Assembly: GCA_013239625.1 (NCBI GenBank)
Contig: MU053520.1
Coordinates: 1,083,103-1,147,102, forward strand
Length of the DNA: 64,000 nucleotides
Source of the DNA: Lama guanicoe
Taxonomy: Eukaryota
Reading direction: 5' to 3'
Shown: positions 38,016 to 50,617 of the stretch, one piece after another
How positions within the stretch are numbered: position 1 is the first letter of the stretch
How the letters are laid out: each line of letters starts with the position of its first letter
The notes under the pieces: model-generated
Told to the model about the DNA's origin: nothing
The model's input: only the letters and a program-made list of their open reading frames with translations
The model's database searches: none
Translations under genes and position numbers: made by a program

Positions 38016-39374
38016 CCACAGGGTTAACCAATTGCTCATGATTATGCTATGGTGCCCACGGAATCAGTAACATTCTCCTCCTGTTATAATTATCAACTGA
38101 TCCAAGCCTATTAGTGAGAACCCTGGTGGCAGTTAAAGTAAGTGATACATAAGTGATTAAGGACTCATGGTCTATGATTTCACACGTGCTGCTTAATCAT
38201 ATGCATGTGTGTGTAACAAGAGGGGCATACCTTGGGAAAGTCAATAAAATTTAGCTTGTGGGACCACATGAGTTGTCTGATCATAGGCTCCACCTGATGA
38301 CCTGATATGTTCCCAAGAAGAACTTTGTAATGCTCTCCTAGGGTGTGGTTTTAAGGCTAACTAGCAGGTTTATAAAACATATTTTTATGTTTTTTGTTAA
38401 AAGAATAGCTGAATTTTGTATTTCCAGGCATTGTTTGAATATTGGAATGCAACAATTTTAATTGGCTTTAAAGCTTTAGAAGAAAAACAATAATATTCAT
38501 TTTCAATTTGATTTTGAAGTGTACGCCAGCAGAAATGATGTGTTTAGAGTATAAGATACTGTTGAATTATAACAGTAAGCACTTAAACTGGGTAAATACT
38601 ATTTGTTCCCCTCCTCTACACTCTGCAAAGACAGGCACCTAAAATAGAGGATCCCTTTCACTAGCTTCAGGAAAAAAATGTTGCAATCCCCTCAAACTAA
38701 TCAGAAGGGGTTGGTTAGGGTCACATCTCCAAAAGTGAAATTTTCAGCACCTAAGGCAATGAGAGGTCTGGCCATTGGTCCTTCTACAGCCTCCAGTGGT
38801 GAGACCACATGAGGACATCCCTGCCACCGAGGGAAGAAGTTCCCAGGATGGACCGCTTATAGCACCAGCTTCCAACGTTCCCTCTGAAGAAATCCCTGCA
38901 CCAGTCAAGCAGATCTAGGGTGGAAAGCATAAAGGTAATGTGAGCACAACTATTGGATACATTCCTGTGCCATGAGTAATACAATTTTATGTGAGTTAAA
39001 AGAAGACATAATAGTGGGAACTTGCTGCCACAGTAGAACGAGAACTCCCTGCCATAGTTTTCAGCAAGTGTGCCCTAACCATAACAGATTTACGTTTTTA
39101 TTATGAGGACAAAGCAAAGGAGGCCACTGCTATGTCCATGTGCTATTCCATAGTAGAATTCCCCCAAGGAGGTAAAATACAATACTGGATATTCATCCTG
39201 TTGTAGTTTAAAAGCAACAAGTATGTATTTTCATGCACTTGGGATGAGGAAGGAAGGATCAGTAAGAAAAGAGTGTTCAAATGCTAATATCATCCAAACT
39301 TTGTTATTTAGATATTCTACCATACTGACTCCTAGGAACAACTTAAGGCTGTTACTAGAATTCCTTACTTTATA

Positions 39375-39600
39375 GGTAATAATAGCAATCTTGATAAAAT
39401 ACAGAAATGTGCTATGCTTTTAGCATGCAATACTTCACTTAAGCCTCACAAGAATTCCTATGGGGATAGCATTATTTTTAACCCCCAGTTTACAAGCGAA
39501 ACACTGAGATCCAGAGAGATTAGATTAGTTGGTCAAAGTGACACAACCAATAAGGGTTAGAGCTGGAAATTTAAAAGCCATCTTAAAAGCCCGCCCACTA
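39375..39600 (-). mobile_element. MIR SINE
   Basis: cacttaagcctcacaagaattcctatg...cccagtttacaagcgaaacactgagatccagagagatt...caaagtgacaca. Confidence 0.75.
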
Positions 39601-42229
39601 CTTGGCCTTCAAACAAATGCAAATACAACAGCCCAGAGAAAGTCATTTCTAGGTAATTTTGAATATAAAAGCAATAGCTCTCTTTTTCACTATAGCATGC
39701 AGTTCCATAGATAGCACAAAGTAAATCTATGAAGTAACTTAAATTAGCAATTTTATATATTTTGTAACATGTTACACTTACAGCACACTCTGTAACACAT
39801 ACTGATTAACATAGCACCAAGAAATGATATACAAACTAAAGAAAGGCAAAATAAAGATCCAAATTTGGTGGGATTAAGTAGGTGGTGCTTTCAGCAGAAA
39901 GAGAATTTTTACCCAAAAGAAAGAAGAAAGTGAAATTGGGGAAAGGGAACCCCAGGTAATTTTTTTTTTCATGTCGCATTTGAGAGCATTGGAGAAACCA
40001 TCCTAAAATGGAGAGATGGGTGCTATTTCAGATATTATTGAAAGGCTTCTTCATAGACTATTCAATGGATCGTGAAGAAAATTGTCTTCAAGATATTTTT
40101 ATTTTATCAGAATTAATAAATCTCCCATATATAGCTTTACCTTATTTAACTTAAAATTTCCATAAGTGACAGAATTCTTTAAGATGAAATGTCTCAGTAT
40201 CATCTAACACATCTATGCAATATGCTCTCCTAAGAAGAGGTATGGTAATGCTATTCTTATTGCCTTTAAGAAAAATTAAATCTACGTAAAATTAAATTGA
40301 AGTTCATTTACTTCAAGCCAGACTTCAAATTTCACCCAGAAATAGAAATGTTAAATTTTATAAAGTGCTTTCTACACAGATGACGTTTCAATTAGGAACT
40401 GATGAACAGGAGTCCGCAACCAGAGCATGCTCAGGGAAAGGACATCATTTGGACCTGTGTGCACTGCATACACTCACCTTCACTTGCTAACATTCCTCAT
40501 TCCGTACATTCTTACATTCTGGCCTGAAATTTCAATGTCAACCACACTTTCTCCATTTATGATCCATTTCTTGCTCACAGCTCTGCTCTTCTGTCTATGG
40601 CCTTGGATCTCCTCAGATCTACTCCAATCGGCAACTTCACATGGTTTAACCTTCTAGTCTTCCCATCCTGAGCTGTAATTTCCTGTTCAGCTTCTCTAAG
40701 GCCAATAGACATCTGTTCTTACCATTTCTCCAGCGTCCAAAAAAGTAGACGCAAAGGTCTGTGTCTGCATTGGACAATGATATAGGAAATACTGGGTTGG
40801 GTTTGGGTGCAGAGGATTTTATGTGAATTAGCAGAAAACAACAGAGAAAAGAAGTTTTTGGAAACAGCTGAGGTGATATTTTAATCCAAAAGGATCATCT
40901 CAGTGGCCTAGGAAACAGAGGGATAATCTTAATACAAAGCCAGGTAATGGAAATCAGAACACCAGGTTAAAGCAGGAATATTAATTCTATCCATCCATTC
41001 ATTCCACTTACCGTGTTTCAGATACTCTTCAAGGAATCCTGTAGATCACTTTTAGAATTCTGCCTATCACATCTTGAATAACATCAGGCACCTTGAAGGC
41101 ACTCTGAACTAGCGCCCATGCTTCCTGACCTAAAAATCTCAATGTCTTCTCATTAACACATGGTCTAGTTTATGGCAAAATGATTGAAAATAAAACAATG
41201 TAAAGTAGAACATGAAAAAAATTCCTTACCGAAAGAAAATGATTTCCTTTTTGGAGGTTGCTCAGAGCTGTGGCTCTTTAGATGTTGGTCACAGCTGCAG
41301 TTTTAAGTGCAGAGGATGCTATAGGAAGCTTCTTGTAAGCTGAACAACATTGAGCATTTTTATGTAGAAGCAATTTGTAAATAAACGCTATACAAGTTGA
41401 AGATATTAGCATGCAGAACCAGCCAACTATCTATGTCTTCTGATTTTTCTTATCTTTCCCTATTGATAGCATTTATTGCTCGCCCTATAATGAAAATCTG
41501 TCAAAATGTGGCAGTTTAGAAGGCTGTTAGAATGCTGATGGTCATAGTGCAAGTTTTCTTTCTAGCTTGTATGTCATCCTCTGGATCCGTTATGAATAGA
41601 ATTGTAAAATTCAGGGACACATTTGCTTTTATTTTATTTTTGTATTTGTCTTTCGATGTTAACAGGGTATTCTTTCCAAGGACCCTGTCAAATTATTCTC
41701 CCCAGCTCCAGGATGAATTCTCAATGTTAAATTCATGGAGTTAAGTTTTCCTTCTCCTGTTTCTGTTTAAGAGATTTAGCTTTGTCAACCTTGCCATTAA
41801 TTGGCAACTCAAGGGTCAGAAGCTGGAGAGTGAGTTTTCTCAGCAAGGCTTACTAATAAGCATAGGAAAATTAAGACTCTTGCAACCTTGGCAAAAGTAA
41901 GTGGGTAATTATCTCATAAAGTTAATCAGTAACTTTATGATCATTGCACATCATTCTAAGCAAAATATCCTCTTCATATTTACAATAGGGATTTTTTCAG
42001 GAAATACTTACACCAATTTCTCTTATTTGGCAAAATACACTTGTCTTTAATGTATACCATTTCTTCAAATCCTCTGCCTCCAATAAAACCTGAAATATAA
42101 CTTAAAACAAAGTTCAAAATAAAATCTATATAGCATCCATGCCAATATTGTCACCTTGAAGATTTATAACATGCTACAGCCTACCTTTCTTTTTTTTTAA
42201 ACAAGAATGAAAAGAGTAAACATCAGAAA

Positions 42230-43060
42230 GAGGGGGTTCTAACTCAAAGTAAGTTGAGAACTCATAAGCAATCACCTGTCTACTTTAAATGAATCCATGT
42301 ATTTCAGTCTTTACAAATTGCTTCTTGGAATAATGAAAGAATCTAAAGGTATAATCTTATGGCCACAACCATTATCCTTGGAGAAACAACAGAAATGTGA
42401 AAGATGTTATGACTGAAGACAGATACACAGTTTCATATCCAAAGTGGCAGATTCTGGAAACTTGTGTGATGATTTTAATTAATTCGAGAGCTGATTATTA
42501 AAGTCATGGGAAAGGACCACGTAAGACAAAAAGTGAAGATTATTGAGAATCCACATGAGTTCCCTAGTGGGAAATTCATCCAAAGAAACATAATGTTCTT
42601 CCTCTGATAAATTTTTAATGTCACTGATCAGCAAAACACTGCCAAGATGATGCATTAATTTCAACCAAAAAAAAAGTATCATATGATGCTTTTGGAAATA
42701 AAATAATAAATATTAACTGAGTAATGGTACTCTTAAGAGGATCACTTAAGTATTGATTAACTGGCTACATATCATCCTGAGCAAAGCTTTATATAGCCCT
42801 ATATAGCACTTTTGTTTTCTGCCTGTATTTGGTATCACTTAATCATTGACTAGATGGGAAAAATTATTTTCAAATCAGAGATTGATTTTTGATATCAAAT
42901 TAGATAGCTAGAGCTGAAAAGATTTGTTAGAGTGGTATTCTGGAATAGCTAAAGCCCCTTGAACCAAAGTCAACAAGGTAATGATTAAAGATACATAAAA
43001 ATAATATAAAAAATCTTACACAGTCCCTTGTGAAAAATCTAGTTTCATAGCAGGTTCTAT
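42230..43060 (+). mobile_element. L3/CR1 LINE reverse-transcriptase-region remnant
   Basis: ctactttaaatgaatcca...tgaaagaatct...atccttggagaaac...gaagacagat...gattctggaaact...catgagttccctagt resembles CR1/L3 ORF2. Heavily decayed. Confidence 0.6.
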
Positions 43061-43094
43061 GAAAATCATATCAAGAGGACTGATTGACTCACAA

Positions 43095-44335
43095 TTTTTA
43101 TTTTCCTTCACTCATTTCATAAGTGTTAATCACCAGGTTCTATTCTGGATACTGGAAATACAAGAGTGAATCAGACAAAAAGACTCTTCTTTTCTGGAGG
43201 TGTTTTTATGTTGACAGGTTGCAGCAGAAGGTTAGCAAATAAATGAACAAGATAATTTCAGATAAAAATAAGATGCAAAATATATTGATTAGAAGGAGAA
43301 AGATTGGAGACTGATTTAGGCTAGATAGGGACTGCCCACTGAGAAGATGGTATTTGAGCCCAGAATTAAAAAGAAGAATCCAGGTATAAGAAAAATCAGG
43401 AGTTAAAGTTTTAAGAGAAAACATCAGGTGTGAATACCCTGAGTAGGAGAATGAGCTTGGCCAAGTCAAGCAAGTGGCAAGGGATAGAATGAAAAGATTA
43501 CAATGGTTGCTTAGAGTAAGTTCATCTAAGGATTTTATAGGTTACAAAAAGGAAATAGGATTCTATTCCAAATGTAATAGGAAGTTTTTGGATCATCTTG
43601 AATAAGGAAGTAATATGATTATACTGGATCTACTTTGCATTTTTAAGAGATCATCCCAGTTTCTTTGCAGATTAAAAGGACTGTGAGACGTCAAGAGTTG
43701 ACACAGAGAAATCTATAAGGAGTAATCCTGGTGAAATAATTGTGGCTTAGACCAGGATGTGTCACTAGAAAGAAAAGAATTGAATGGGCTTAAAGTATAA
43801 TCTGATGGTGAACCAAACAGAGTGAATGAGAAATCAGACATAAGTATGCAGAGAAGAGTCAAGAGTGACCCTTGGTCATAGGAGTAAAGAACAGGGTAAA
43901 TTGTGATAAAGTTACTTAAATTGGAGACATGTAAGAGAGGCATATGCTAAATTTAAGGTCTCATTTGGGTATTCAAATATAGTTTGAAGATAGATCATTC
44001 AGTATTAATGTACTCAGTACCAATTAAGCTCACTGGAGAGGTCAGATCTAGAGGACAGATTGTATAGATGTCAGCACATAGGTGGGACTTAACACCACTG
44101 CGAATACATAATGAGAAACTGTAAAGGTAAAAAAATGGAAGAAATGGGACTAAGCCCTGTGATACTTCCATATTTTGAGGTCAAACAGAGAAGTATGGAT
44201 GAGTAAAGCAGTTTGAGAAAGAGAAATAAGAAAATTAAGTCAGGTGATTATGATGCTACAGAGGACAAGAAAAGAGATGGTTTCAACCATGAAGTGATCA
44301 GCTAAGTAAGATATTGCAGAGAGGTTAGATAAGTA
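43095..44335 (-). mobile_element. L2 LINE
   Basis: ctattctggatactggaaatacaagagtgaatcagaca...gaagatggtatttgagcc...ggattctattccaaatgtaataggaag...ggagaggtcagatctagagg. Confidence 0.8.
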
Positions 44336-44439
44336 AAAATATGTAACACAGGACTTTTTTTTCTGGCCACAGAGGACAAAATAATACAGGCCAACTGTTC
44401 CACTAATAATAACCAAAAGTGGTGGGGAAAATACTAAAA

Positions 44440-44962
44440 TAATATTTACTACTTAGTAATAAATCTGACAAAAGATATGTAAGACCTGTACACTGGAAAT
44501 GACAAAATATCACAGAAGGAAACTGAAAAAGATGTAAATAAATGGAGAGTAGAGAGAAATAACTTGTTCATCTTTGGGGAAACTCAATGTTTTTAAGATG
44601 TCATTTTCCTCAAATTACTTATGTCTTCAGTGNNNNNNNNNNNNNNNNNNNNNNNNNNNNNNNNNNNNNNNNNNNNNNNNNNNNNNNNNNNNNNNNNNNN
44701 NNNNNNNNNNNNNNNNNNNNNNNNNNNNNNNNNNNNNNNNNNNNNNNNNNNNNNNNNNNNNNNNNNNNNNNNNNNNNNNNNNNNNNNNNNNNNNNNNNNN
44801 NNNNNNNNNNNNNNNNNNNNNNNNNNNNNNNNNNNNNNNNNNNNNNNNNNNNNNNNNNNNNNNNNNNNNNNNNNNNNNNNNNNNNNAAAAAAAAAAAAAA
44901 AAAACCACTAACCCCAAGATGCATTTAGAAATGCAAAGGAGCTAGAGTAGGAAGAACAACTT
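44440..44962 (+). mobile_element. Old LINE-1 ORF2 fragment spanning the assembly gap
   Basis: aataaatctgacaaaagatatgtaagacctgtacactggaaa...aactcaatgtttttaagatgtca before the gap, and aaatgcaaaggagctagagtag after it. Confidence 0.75.
44633..44886. other. Assembly gap (254 N) followed by a poly-A run
   Basis: Run of N characters, followed by 18 A. Confidence 1.
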
Positions 44963-45241
44963 TACCATTCTCAAATTGGGGCAACTGTTTAGACACCAAA
45001 CTCTTAAGACTTTGAATCTTAAACAAAACAAAAATATCTGTGTTCAATTAACACCTACTTCTACTCTCTTTCACTGTCTTTCAAGTCTCCCAGTTCCCAT
45101 ACTCTTAGTAGTTTCGTTCTTTTAAAATCTGAAAGTAACTAGACTAGAAAAAGAATTGTCATAGCTGTATGAATAATCCTTTTCAGAGTGTGTTGACACC
45201 CAGTTTTTTTTTAATGAAAAAACATATAAGTATGTGATTTT

Positions 45242-45975
45242 TGTGATTTATAATAAGAAATATATATTTGGTATTTGTCCCCATTTTTTGCACACTCTTA
45301 ATACTGTTAGACTTTCCTAAGTGATGACAGCCATAAAGGTGACTTTAGTTATGTTAATGAGGTGACTTTTGGACCCCACCGAAGAGTGGGGGCTGTTTTC
45401 CAGTTGAGCCAACCGAGTGACTAGAGTGTTGAAACTTTCAGTCTTACTCCCCTAACTTCTGGGGAGAGGTAGGGGGGTATTGTATCAATCATACCTATGG
45501 AAGCTTCGATTATAAAAACCAAAAAGATGAGTTTCAGAGAGCTTCTGGGTTGGTGAACAACACATGGAGGTTCAGGGAGAGTGGCACACCTGGAGAAGGT
45601 GTGGAAGCACCCTGCCCTTTCCCCATTCCTTACCCTATGAATCTCTTTCATCTGGCTGTTCCTGAGTTACGCTCTTTCATAATAAATCCATAATCTAGTT
45701 GGTAAACTGTTTCTGTGGGGTCTGTGAGCTGCTCTAGCTAATTAATCAAACTCAAGGAACCTCTGTTTTAAAGCCAGTTGGTCAAAAGCAAAGGCAATGT
45801 GGTGCCTAAAGTGTGCTAGTGGCAGGGGGCAGGGTGGGTATCTGATGCTGTCTCCAGGTGAACAGTTTCATGATTGAGTTGAATTGTAGGACACCCAGCA
45901 GGTGTCTAGAGAATTGCTTGTTGCTGCTCTGGAGAAAGCCCCAACCTCCCCGACATTGGACTCGATCCAGGGACC
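45242..45975 (+). mobile_element. Solo LTR, MER21-like
   Basis: tgtgatttataataagaaatatatatttggt start, gagagtggcacacctggagaaggtgtggaagc...tctctttcatctggctgttcctgagtt...aataaa and gagttgaattgtaggacacccagc. Confidence 0.85.
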
Positions 45976-46028
45976 TGAAAAAAAATAACCAAACCCCTTT
46001 TCATATGTGACATTTTTAATTATGGACC

Positions 46029-47020
46029 TGTCAGCAAAAAATTAATCAATAGTCAATCTGAGAAAGAAATGGAACATTTTATTCCAGCCAATCTAAGGAC
46101 TATAACCCAGGAGACAGTCTTTCAGGAAGCTATGAGCACTGTCCTTGCCTGTTAGGGGTCAGAACACAGTTATGTAAGTTTCTGAGACAAAGGTTTGTGT
46201 AGACAGGATGTTGCCTGCCATTCCAGTAAACAAAGAATGTTGCTCACCATTCCAGTTCTACAAGGATCCAACCATTAGCCACTGCAGCTGCCCCCCAGAC
46301 AGTGCCTCCTGAGGGGCCTTCAGAATGAAGAAAAAGAGGGGGCATTCTGTGCTTTGAATACTGGCCCCTGATCATTAAGATGCATGTCTAAGGAATAATT
46401 TCAATGAACCCAGAGCCTTGCATCGTCCCAGACACAGAAGAGCATTAAAATCACTGACAAGATTTCTGCTTTTTGTGATTAGCAGTAATCTTTTGATATT
46501 CTGCTACCTGTCTCGCTATCCCCACCCCAGGGAGAGAAAAACAAAAACAAAAACAAAAAGCTATATATACTGACTCCTCCCTTACCTCTTTGAAGAAGCT
46601 CCTCAGAGTTATCTGAGAGGCTGTCTCCTGGGATATAGTCCTCAGTAAGATCCCCAAATAAAATATAACTCGTTAACTTTAAGGTTGTGCATTTTTTTTC
46701 GGTAGATAATTTATACATCAAAGTAACATAATGGCAGTTTACAAAATCCAGCAAAGCAAATAGTGGGGTTCTTGTGACCCCTTACAAGATTGAGAAACAT
46801 ATGCTATCTCCTATGGGTTTACCTTGTTGGTGCCAAGAAAAATTGCAATTTTTTTTTTCTGAATAGGCATTCCTGTATCTTCCACAGGGATCTAGATAAT
46901 ATATAATGTGGATGCACAGTGCACAGTAAATGGGAGGAGGTAGTGGCTTAAATGGGCAGAGAGAGAATTTTATGTTTAAGAATTTTCTTGTCCTGCCTTA
47001 AAAATATTTTTGTTTCATTA
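46029..47020 (-). mobile_element. ERV1 solo LTR, host of a nested LTR
   Basis: Perfect TSD gacc at 46025-46028 and 47021-47024. It starts TG and ends TA (decayed CA). A minus-strand polyA signal (tttatt) lies near 46078. Confidence 0.82.
46197..46708 (+). mobile_element. ERV1 solo LTR nested in the opposite orientation in 46029-47020
   Basis: TATA-like ctatatata near 46561, aataaa near 46657, end ggtagata. It shares ctgtctcctgggWtatagtcct with the host LTR on the opposite strand. The TSD is degenerate. Confidence 0.8.
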
Positions 47021-47099
47021 GACCCTAAGACCTATAAAACTGTCCAATTCATTGTGCATGCAAAGATGCTTTAAAATGCCAAATAGCTGCAATTTGTGC

Positions 47100-47262
47100 T
47101 ACCAAAGGAAATATACACAAAATGTTATGATAAATCACAGAGAAAAAATTGTGACAATGAGTGTGTACATGTCCATGAATGACTGAAAAATTGTGCTGAA
47201 CACTGGAATTTGACACAACATTGTAAAATGATTATAAATCAATAAAAAATGTTAAAAAAATA
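47100..47262 (+). mobile_element. Young LINE-1 3' terminal fragment (camelid-type)
   Basis: ggaaatatacacaa...tgtgacaatga...gactgaaaaattgtgctgaacactggaatttgacacaacattgtaaaatgattataaatcaataaaaaatgttaaaaaaa. Confidence 0.85.
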
Positions 47263-48660
47263 ATAACATTGTACTATAAAAATACTATAAGAAGAAAATT
47301 ATAAATAGTGATTTATATCACAAATATTATAAAAATACAAAATCTTCTAGATTAAGGGGGTTTTATCAACATTTTTTTTTCTTTAAGAAACAAAAAGATG
47401 CCCAGATGTGTTGGTAAGATTCTCTTTTGGGCCCAGAAGGAATATGATAGATTTTTCGCAGATGTGTTTTTAGGTTTGTTAGTTATGTGTGCCCTGAGAA
47501 CGCCTGATGGATTTAGAGTACAGTAGGAAAATTATCACCAAAGTGCCTTGATATGAGCAAAGGGTGTGATCAAAGCACACCTTGAATGTAATCTCAAAGG
47601 TGTATTTTGTCCCTTCACTCCTTCCCTCCTAATTAGACTCCAATTTGGATTGAGATTCCTTCATCAGTTATACTTGTCCTGTGCATAAATTAGTATCATA
47701 TTTGTATACCAATATTTTAGTCCAAGACAGCCAACCTAGATTTGATACAAATTAAAATAATTAAACAGGATTGAAGCATTTTAAGTTGTAAATAAAGCCA
47801 GCAATAGGGAATGAAAAGGGATTTGTGTGATAAAAATGTGGAAATCTCATCTAAGCAGAAGGTGCATAATATTTAGGATTTAATTTTATTTTACATTTTT
47901 GTCTCTTCTTTTAAAATCATTCTCTTGGATGCTCTGAAATTTAATTTGGTGGGGAGAAAAAACAAACTTGGTATCAGAAAAGGAAAAAAATGTATTGCTT
48001 TGACTGGGTTCTGAACTCAGACCAAGAGTTGAGTTTTTCAAAGAACTACAACTTCCTTCACATAGAAGTGCATAGCTGAGATGAGCCACTTGTTTCCTGC
48101 TTTATCCTTTTTCTTCACACATAATGTGACCTCTGAGAGCAAGGTCTCCGAGAGCATCCTTGTGTCTGATGTGATGTAGACTGTATCAGTGAACTGGTAC
48201 TTAGTGAATAACTGATATGCTTAGGATCAAGTGTCTGATTTGTTCAGTTGCTTGTGAACAACATGCCAGGAGTTATTTAATTCTAAGTACTCCCTGAAAA
48301 AAAGTGCCAAGGATTTCACCTTGTGGTGACTTAATATGAAATTTAAAAAGTAAAGTGGCGATAATCATTACTTCCTTTGAGACATCAGTGGAAAAGTGTA
48401 TGCCAAATACTCTGACCAGTTTAGGAAAAAGTCCCCAGCTACTAGAGCTGCAACTATTTTCACCCAAATGATAATTTTTTTCACATAGGTTTTCTTTTAG
48501 TAAAGCAAAACTTAGTTGGAAAATCTCACACAATGTAATTCAAATACATTTTTAGAGTTTTAGATACTTAGAGTCCAATTTGATTGTCTGACACTCTATT
48601 TCATTTGTTTTCATGATCTTGCTTTCTTTATCCTGTATGCATTGCAGAAGAAGGCACATG

Positions 48661-49154
48661 TATTACCAAACCAAACTTAGGTCTGTTCACCCACATGCAG
48701 TAAATCCAATCTACGGACACTGGGTTGTGGTGAAGGAAAAGTGTAGCATTTATTGCAAAGCTCCATACAAGGAGACTGGGACAGCTGCTGCTCAAAAGGC
48801 TTGAACTCCCCGACGGGTTTCAGCAAAGCGCTTTGAAGACACAGTGAGGGAGAAGAGTCCCAGGGTATGTGATCGGCTCATGCACAATTCTGATTGGTTG
48901 ATGGTGAGGTAACAGGGCGATCTCACAGGGGTTACCATCAACCATCCTTAGGCTCCAGTGAGCCTGGGACACATATGTTCATGGTCATCAAGTTAACATC
49001 TTCTCTTTAATGGAGGTTTTAGCAGCTTTACAACAACTCAGAAAATGTGCATCAGATATCCTATTATCTAGATACTTCAGACAGGAGCTAAAGCAGAGGA
49101 TATGGGGGAGGGGATCTGTCTCAGGAAGGCCCCATGGGGTCCTTTTTGGTTATA
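48661..49154 (-). mobile_element. ERV1 solo LTR (MER41-like)
   Basis: TSD catg at 48657-48660 and 49155-49158. Termini tatta...ttata (decayed tgtta...taaca). Reverse-complement homologue of 56189-56666. Confidence 0.88.
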
Positions 49155-49396
49155 CATGGAATCTGGAACCAGAGAGACTTGAATCTTATCACAGACACAA
49201 GTCATAGCCAAGGGATAGTCTCAAGGGATTATTTCTCTCACCTGCAAATTTAGAAAAGGTATATAAATAACCTGGTAGAGGGTACAGTCCTAGTAGGCCC
49301 TAATACCTGGTAAGTGCTTACTTATTTGTATTGAAAGCACAGAATTGAAAGTGAAAAATGATGTGAGGTAGAAGAATTATTGATTTAAAAGTACAT

Positions 49397-50617
49397 TAAA
49401 AGGAGCAGAATTTGCCACATAGTAAATATGGCTTTTTGGCAAAAGGGTTATATTAGGCTTATTATGTTTAAGAAAAAGCAGACACAGGAGAAGCTCTGAA
49501 AACTGAGTAGAAGTCACCCTTTTGTAAGAGACATTTACATTTATAAGAGAAATCTCCATTGGTAATGGTGTTTTTCTTGCTGTACCAGGGAGAGAAAGAT
49601 GACTAAATCTCTAGGTACTCCTACCAGTGGAGAAGGTAATGACCTAAATCTATCTGTATAACAACCTTACTCTTGTTTACTAAGCTTTGCCTGATCATCT
49701 CCCACAACTGACTCTCCCCACCTCCAGCCTCTTTCTTTTGTCTTTAGCTGAAGAAGGTTTTCAGGTGATAACTTGGGCCATATTGTTGCTGGACTAGGTT
49801 CTTTTCCCATCAAAGAAATAACTCAGAGATGGGATTTGGAGGTTAAGAAAATAAAGTGAGGCTTTGTTAAGGGATAGACAGTGCACTCTCATGGGGGAGA
49901 GTGGGCAGACTCAGGTGAGCAGCTGCCCTGAGTTTTTTGTTTTTTAGTTTTTTGGGGTTCTTACAGTAAGTTGGTTATATAGAGTGTAAAAATGAATTGA
50001 CAGAATATTCATTGGGGAGGGAAGGGTTTGGGGTCATATTCCCTGATTTTCAATCCAGCTTCACCTTCCTGAAGGGAGGAGGGATTTTTGTCCTTGTTTA
50101 ATCTGGATCAGAAGTGTCATGGCATCAGTGCTTGATGAGTACTTCTCATCTGCAAGGCTAATTTTATTGAAATGAGGGCATAATGAGCAAAAGTTTACAT
50201 TTGGACACTGGAGATTCCTGCCTTTTCCCACCTTTCTTTGTCAGCCTCCAGGCTGCTTGTCACCCCAAAATCTATGACCACTTATCAGCCCAGAGGTTCC
50301 TACTTTTCTTTATCTGGTCAGGGACCCACTGTTTACACTGTGTATGATTTCTTGCATTTGGTCCATGCCCCTTCTTTTTGCTCGATTTTTGCCATTTGAC
50401 CTGCATCCCCCTTTATCTGCCCATATCTAGCTATCTGCCTGCTCTAACAATTTCAGAAAGTTACTCAGTTTTTCTGGATATCTTCCATGTATATAGGAGG
50501 TGTACATCTTATTAAACTTCTGTTTGTTTTTCTTCTTTTATGCTGTCTTTGTTTGTTTTTTGTTACAGAGGGGTCTCAGCCAAGAACCAAGAAGGGTAAA
50601 GGGAATTTTCCCCTACA
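49397..50617 (+). mobile_element. ERV1 solo LTR (MER34-like), host of a nested LTR
   Basis: aaaggagcagaatttgccac...gcagacacaggagaagctctgaaaac...attaaacttctgtttg...cagccaagaacc...cccctaca. TSD acat/atat. Confidence 0.85.
49784..50449 (-). mobile_element. ERV1 solo LTR nested in the MER34-like LTR
   Basis: Termini tgtt...aaca and TSD atat/attt. The host sequence is continuous across it. Its reverse-complement start (tgttagagcaggcagatagctag...gggcagataaag) resembles the LTR at 62457. Confidence 0.87.

Noticed and set aside
40400..40730. Possible exon(s) with gtgagt/gtaaga donors on the minus strand
   Set aside because: The sequence resembles a decayed L2 fragment and has no coherent reading frame.
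41230..41340. Possible minus-strand coding exon (donor gtaagg at ~41229)
   Set aside because: The better acceptors give stops in all three frames, and there is no recognisable peptide or partner exon.
44574..44945. Five ORFs of 96-123 aa
   Set aside because: Artefacts of translating through the N gap.
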